A stretch of 64,000 bases of DNA, taken from positions 22,444,001 through 22,508,000 of the forward strand of contig NC_059439.1 in the NCBI RefSeq assembly GCF_021028975.2, written 5' to 3'. The notes under the pieces are model-generated. The model ran no database searches. It worked only from the letters and a program-made list of their open reading frames with translations, and was not told the origin of the DNA. Of this stretch, positions 58,357-64,000 are shown one piece after another. The translations under genes were made by a program, and so were the position numbers. Within the stretch, counting starts at the first letter, position 1; the number at the start of each line of letters is the position of its first letter. Source of the stretch: Sphaerodactylus townsendi (Eukaryota).

Positions 58357-58993
58357 GCTCAGAAAGCATCCTGAAATCCTAAGCAACCTCACTGCTTCGA
58401 TAGGAAATCCTGATGACATTTCTGTGAATGGCAGATATGCACTCAGCCAATCATAATCTTGACCAATATTGGCCAAGGTCATCAGATGTCATGCAGCTCT
58501 CCATTATGTCATAAGCCTCTCTGGAATTGCAGCACTATTAACCTGAAGACAGGAAGGAAAGACTTGCCAGCAATGCAACTTCACAGAGCTAGGTGCTTAG
58601 GGCATATGGACACTCACCAGGCCCTAGGGCTTCCAACCATCAGGCGGTTAATAAAAATCTTCTGGAATTCGAAATTATCTCAAAATTATAGAAATCCATT
58701 CCACTGGAAAATGGCTGATATAGAGAGTAACTATATGGCATTATATATGGAATTCCCTCTTCTCCTGAAGTCTTATCATTCCCTGGCTCCTACCCAAATA
58801 TTTTGAGGAATTTCCAAAATTTGAGTCAGCAACTCTATCAGTCATTGGCTCAGGAATACTTATATGGCTGGCAAGTAGCACATGATCCATCTTCCAGTCT
58901 CCAGGAATTTTTCCATCAGGATCTGGCAACTGTACCCTGTCTTCCCTTACAAGTGACCAGCCCCACCTAACTCACAAGTAGTCTGTTATGGGG

Positions 58994-59377
58994 GGGGGGG
59001 GTTGCTACTTATCCATACCTCTCCAGGATCGGGTTTGTCCACACTGTAAAAATCAAGTGGAGACTCTTGGTCACGTTATTCTTGACTGTCCGAGATATGT
59101 GGGCATTAGGAGATTCTCTCCCAGGCTGGCCCTAGACAAATCTGAAAGTGACTCTGACTGTTATGTTGTGGAGCTTCTGTTAAACAACACAGATGTCATG
59201 CTCTTGGAAAAAGTAGCAAAATTTCTTTTACAAGTGACAGAACTTTCTAAGTAATGTATACTGCTATATAGTCTTCCTGTCTGCGCTTTGAATGTACTCT
59301 TGATTTGTATTTCAAAAATGTCTGGCAATGCTCTAGAACCTATTTTTAAATGCCAAATAAAGGTTGTTGTTGTTGTT
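58994..59377 (+). mobile_element. RTE-X-like LINE 3' fragment
   Basis: RVCPHCKNQVETLGHVILDCPRY..R..VAKFL; (gtt)n tail; 13-bp TSD gtctgttatgggg. Confidence 0.88.
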
Positions 59378-60251
59378 GTCTGTTATGGGGAGTGGAGGGG
59401 AAGGTGGTCCTGTACTCAGTCATTTCCAGTGACTTCACTTTCCCTCTATCAGTTACCCTCTGCAATGTGAGTTACATTGTTTTCTATTATGTTTAACATT
59501 CTTGTCCCAGCTCTGGGAAGTTTGGGGCATTGGACCAGATGTATTGTGGAGGAAGGTCCTGCCTGCCTGCTTATCTACTCCACTTTGGGGACTCCATTAA
59601 AAGTCTGGGAAGTGGAGCCATGCAATGTCATGCCCAACTCAGGGACTGTCACTCTGCTCAACTTCCAGCAGGCAGACCCTTTTAGCTATGTGGTACTGCT
59701 GGGCTCACCATACCACATTCAGCCCTAGGAAGTATCCTTTGGAGGTGTCCATCATTCAACAGGAAAGTTGCCTGATGCCTGGATCCACGCCATATGTCAT
59801 GCCAATACTCCAATGGATATAATTAATAAAGCTGTGGGGTATTGATGTCTTCTGGGATCACTTCCTCCTCCGTTCCTCCTCTCATCCCTCCTCTCCCACC
59901 CTTAGGATCTAATTTTAGACTGCTAATGTGTTGAGACGAAATTTCCAAACACTAAACCAATAGTAATTATTCACCTGCTGATTAACAATGTTTACCTGTC
60001 ACTATATTTGGACTGCTAATTACTACAAAAAGGGCCAGAAGGCATTTATAAAATGCCACTTTGGGCAGAGAACAGAAGGGATATCAGAAGTCAATGAGAA
60101 ATCTACAAAGAAAAATCCGTAAGACATATAGATACATATTAATGTAATTTAACTCTAAAACAGTGAGGGATCTGCTGTCATTTGGACAGATTCCATTTGC
60201 TGGCATCTGTAACATAGTTATTATGTTCAGAGTATTTAAGGACCTTTTATA

Positions 60252-60462
60252 NNNNNNNNNNNNNNNNNNNNNNNNNNNNNNNNNNNNNNNNNNNNNNNNN
60301 NNNNNNNNNNNNNNNNNNNNNNNNNNNNNNNNNNNNNNNNNNNNNNNNNNNNNNNNNNNNNNNNNNNNNNNNNNNNNNNNNNNNNNNNNNNNNNNNNNNN
60401 NNNNNNNNNNNNNNNNNNNNNNNNNNNNNNNNNNNNNNNNNNNNNNNNNNNNNNNNNNNNNN
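60252..60462. other. Assembly gap
   Basis: N-run. Confidence 1.
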
Positions 60463-61944
60463 AATTAGATGAGCATGCAGTAGACGACGTCTGTGTGTAT
60501 GGAAGATGACAATATTTGGTTGAGAAATATGAGAATGTCTTGCTAACTTTCGCCTGTACATGAAACCAGGATCCTTCTCCTCCCCATATATCTTTGATGG
60601 GACTGTCTATAATCATTATCTGTAATTGGAATATGTGAAGATATCAGTGAAATCCAAGGACTTGGAAAACCAAGTAAATTCTAGTGAGCAGAATGCACTA
60701 ACGCTGAGAGTATAGTGGTAAGCATATTATCTTTCTTTTGGGCATCATAATAATGCTTCATGTTTACATAGACCCGTACATGTTATAGTATTGGTTTTAT
60801 GTGGACTCTGTTATTCCAGGTGCTATGCTTTAACCTTTTAAAATGGTTTTTGAATGACTGAAATTTGGAATAGTGTGAAGAACTTACACTAACAGTTCTA
60901 TCAGCAAACGTATTCAGCTGCTTGGTTGGATTTGTACAAAGTGTTTGTGGGTGAAAGAGGGAGAAGCAACTCTGAGCCTGGCCTTGGCTGGAGAGGGCAA
61001 GATATTAAGGCAAATAAAATAAAGAGCCCTTTGCACCACCAAGATGCTATGATAGGGAGTGTTGGACTCACGTGGATGATAGCTATCCAGTGCTGGGAGT
61101 CCACTGTGTAGGAGATCAGCCTAGGTCAATCAGAACAGTTGATAGAATTCAACCCAAGGAAATCAAATCAAATCACTGTGCTTTATTCAAGTCCAGGGAA
61201 GTAGTGAACATCAGTTCTTTTCCTATCCGATGCTTTAAACCGAATGTTTGCTTTCATTATGCAATCAGATGGATGGGATAATTTTATTTTGTATCTATTT
61301 TTAAATTAAATTATTTTACAACATGTATATACATTTATAATGTTTTAACAAAATTGTGGTTTTAATGTTTGAAAAATGTAGACATCCCCCACCCCACCCC
61401 ACCCCCACCCCCAAACACCAACACCAAATTGTTTTTGGGCTGTATAATGCAATTTTTATTCATTTTTTTTGGTCTAATTTTAATTCATGCATTACACTGG
61501 TATTCATGGCTTTGTTTGTTTTTTAATTCTGTGTTCCACTCTGTGCTTCAATGAAAAAGGTGAAATATAAATCAAGTAAATATAGAAATAAATTGTCTAT
61601 ATTTGCTCATTCAAATTGGCAATAATACCTGTGGCAAGACCAATTCAAATGGGTTGTTTTTAATCTGGACAACAAGCTGGTGCCTGTCGTAATTCTTTCT
61701 ATCCACAGTAGCTTTCATGTTGTTTTATGCATCTGCATTTGCAGGAAACCTTTCTATCACATTCCACATTTGGGAAATGTCCTCTTCCCCACACCCTTCC
61801 CAATATTTTTGGCCATTAAGTTTTCCTGAGGTCCCCCTCCTCAAGTGAATTTTTATATTATTTACTAAACAAATAGGTGAATTAAATTAATACTTTGTCT
61901 CATTACATTAGCTATCTAATAACTGTAAAATGGAGGGGTTAGAG

Positions 61945-62231
61945 CAGGGGTAGGGAACCTTTAACACTCAAAGAGCCATTTGGACCCGTTTTCCACGGGA
62001 AAAGAAAACACTTGGAGCCGCAAATAATTTTTGACATTTAAAATAAAGATAACACTGTATATATTGGGCCTTTTTACCTTTTACTCCACTCATTCTGAGA
62101 AGCGCATGGATGCACCCGGCCTTTTGCCTGCAGGGCGGGCAAGGATGAAGCCGGCGGCTCGGCTTGTGGAGCTGCAGTGCAAGGGCAGAAGAGCCGCATG
62201 CGGCTCTCGAGCCGCAGGTTCCCTACCTCTA
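61945..62231. mobile_element. hAT-Charlie-like MITE inserted in a SINE head
   Basis: TIR caggggtagggaacct / aggttccctacctcta; exact TSD ggttagag. Confidence 0.88.
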
Positions 62232-62472
62232 GGTTAGAGTGTCAGACTAGGATGTGAGAGAATCAGCTTTGAATCTTTACTCCACCACTGAAGCTCACTG
62301 GGTAATCTTGGGCCAGTCACATACTTTGAGCCTAAAATACCTCACAGCATTCTTGTGAGAATTCTAAGCCATTGTGGGTTCCTTTGAAAGAAAAGTGGGG
62401 TATAAAGGAAGTGAATGAATGAATGAATGAATGAATGAATGAATGAATGAATGAATGAATGAATGAATGAAT
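62232..62472 (+). mobile_element. tRNA/CORE-type SINE with (GAAT)n tail
   Basis: ggttagagtgtcagactag...gctcactgggt..ttgggccagtcac; microsatellite 62413-62472. Confidence 0.65.
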
Positions 62473-62804
62473 AGTTTCCAAACATTCTGAATTGCTTTGC
62501 CTTGAGAAAGATTCAAGGTGAAGAATGCACTTGGAGTAAAGTGAGGGGTCATTCATGACTACTTGGGACAAAAATGAGATGTGTAAACTCTGGAGGGCTG
62601 AAAGATACCCTTTTAGAGAGGGTGGTACATTTTGGAAATCTCTTTCCCATAGGAACTTGCACCAGGATTTTCAGAAGTCTCAAGCATTTGATCACACTGA
62701 GGTTTCTCTCCTCCCAAATTAGCTGACATTCATCTGCTCTCAACAGCTCACTTCTGGATTTGTTTGTGTGTGTTTTGCATCCCCTTCTGATTAAAATGTG
62801 TGTG

Positions 62805-63020
62805 TAAAGTGTCATCAAGTCTCAGCTGACTTGTAGCGACCCCCCTCCGGGTTTCAAGGTAAAAGACATTCAGAGGTGGTTTGTCGTGGCCTGCCTCCAT
62901 GGGGGCTGAGAGAGTTCTGAGAGAACTATAACTGATCCAAAGTCACCCATGTGGAATAAATGGAGATTGAATCCAGTTCTCCAGATTAGAGTTTGCCACT
63001 CTTAACAGCTACACCACATT
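62805..63020 (-). mobile_element. SINE: tRNA-derived head plus Sauria/RTE-like tail
   Basis: Reverse complement gtggtgtagctgttaagag head; cagaggtggtttg and cagctgacttgt tail motifs. Confidence 0.55.
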
Positions 63021-63371
63021 GGTTACCTGGATCCAAGAACCACAAGTTTATGCAAATATGAAGTGCAGATGTGCTGGTACACATATGTGTATGTGCACAT
63101 GTGTGTATGTGTGGCATGTATGAGCATCTGTTGTCTCTGTCACGGTGAAGAGAAATCTAACAAAGCTGTCTGTGCTGCCTTTCTTCCTAATAGAGACCTG
63201 AAGCCGCTTACAACGTTTTCCTCTCCTCCATTTTATCCTCACAACGGTCTTATAAGGTAAGTTTATTGGAGAGCGTTTGCTCTCTTTGCCAGCAATAGGG
63301 GCCTCCTTCCTGTCCTTCCTGAAGCACCTGGGGAAACGGTGAGCCTGTTCCCATATGGGATTGCAGTGTTC

Positions 63372-63533
63372 GAGACCAACAAGAGTTTCAGGGTATAAGC
63401 TTTCAAAAGCCAAAACTCCCTCAGGGAGCTTATACCCAAAAATTCTTGTTACTTTCTACAGTGCTTCTGGATTCAGATCTAACTGGGCTCAAATCTAATT
63501 GTTCTACTGAAGACTAGCATGGCTACCCTGTGA
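63372..63533. mobile_element. Penelope-derived inverted-repeat remnant
   Basis: aacaagagtttcagggtataagct pairs with agcttatacccaaaaattcttgtt; ends catggctaccc. Confidence 0.55.
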
Positions 63534-64000
63534 ATCAGAGTGAGTTTTGCATGTGTATGCCTACATCCGTCTGTAGGAAAGGGGCAATGCGTGTTCTCTT
63601 TAAAAATTAAACTGAGGACCAGGAGCTGGATGAGTAATTCAAGTTTGGGGTTAAAACAAAGTTCTTAAGTTGTTTGAACATACTGGCATACTGAGGAAGT
63701 TGCACGAAAAACGTTCCATACGCGCGAGACGTTTCTATATAGAACCTACAGAATTGATACATGGACTATATGGAACTGAAGTTTTGTTTCTGAACAAAGA
63801 ATTGAATGGACTAAGTGTTTATTTATGTTTAGTTATAAGAGTTGGAAGACTTATGCTGTATTTTTAAGAACTTTGTCAGAGAAATAAGGAAATGTAAATA
63901 CAAATAGAAGTGTTAAGTTGTTAAATTATATATAAGATTAATATATAAGATTAGACACAGCCAGAATTACTGAACATACATATCAAGAAAGATATGTACG

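Overview
Vertebrate genomic DNA, most likely a squamate reptile and possibly a gecko (inferred from the repeat content: CR1, L2, RTE-X-like, Penelope, SPIN, tRNA- and 5S-derived SINEs). The window is part of a tandem cluster of class II, family-14-like olfactory receptor (OR) genes. Seven ORs have intact single-exon CDSs: five on + with a MAHDR motif (9124, 15969, 26630, 39385, 46547) and two paralogues on - with MAYDR (30907, 56276). There is also one OR 3' end at the window edge, one OR cut by an assembly gap (50436-51043) and two orphan OR 3' remnants (2243-3124, 36181-36362). Spacers are dense with nested transposable elements and local segmental duplications, which expose empty and filled insertion sites. 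I see no convincing new multi-gene system. The most notable signals are mechanisms of OR birth and death: a hybrid solo LTR with mismatched flanks next to a decapitated OR, a SINE-donated stop codon, a Penelope GIY-YIG fragment replacing intron sequence, a mosaic OR pair with a start-codon swap, SPIN-type MITEs, a candidate Ngaro/DIRS-like split-repeat family, and O/E+homeodomain promoter-like clusters. Four N-gaps and some error-rich tracts limit certainty. All alignments were done by eye.
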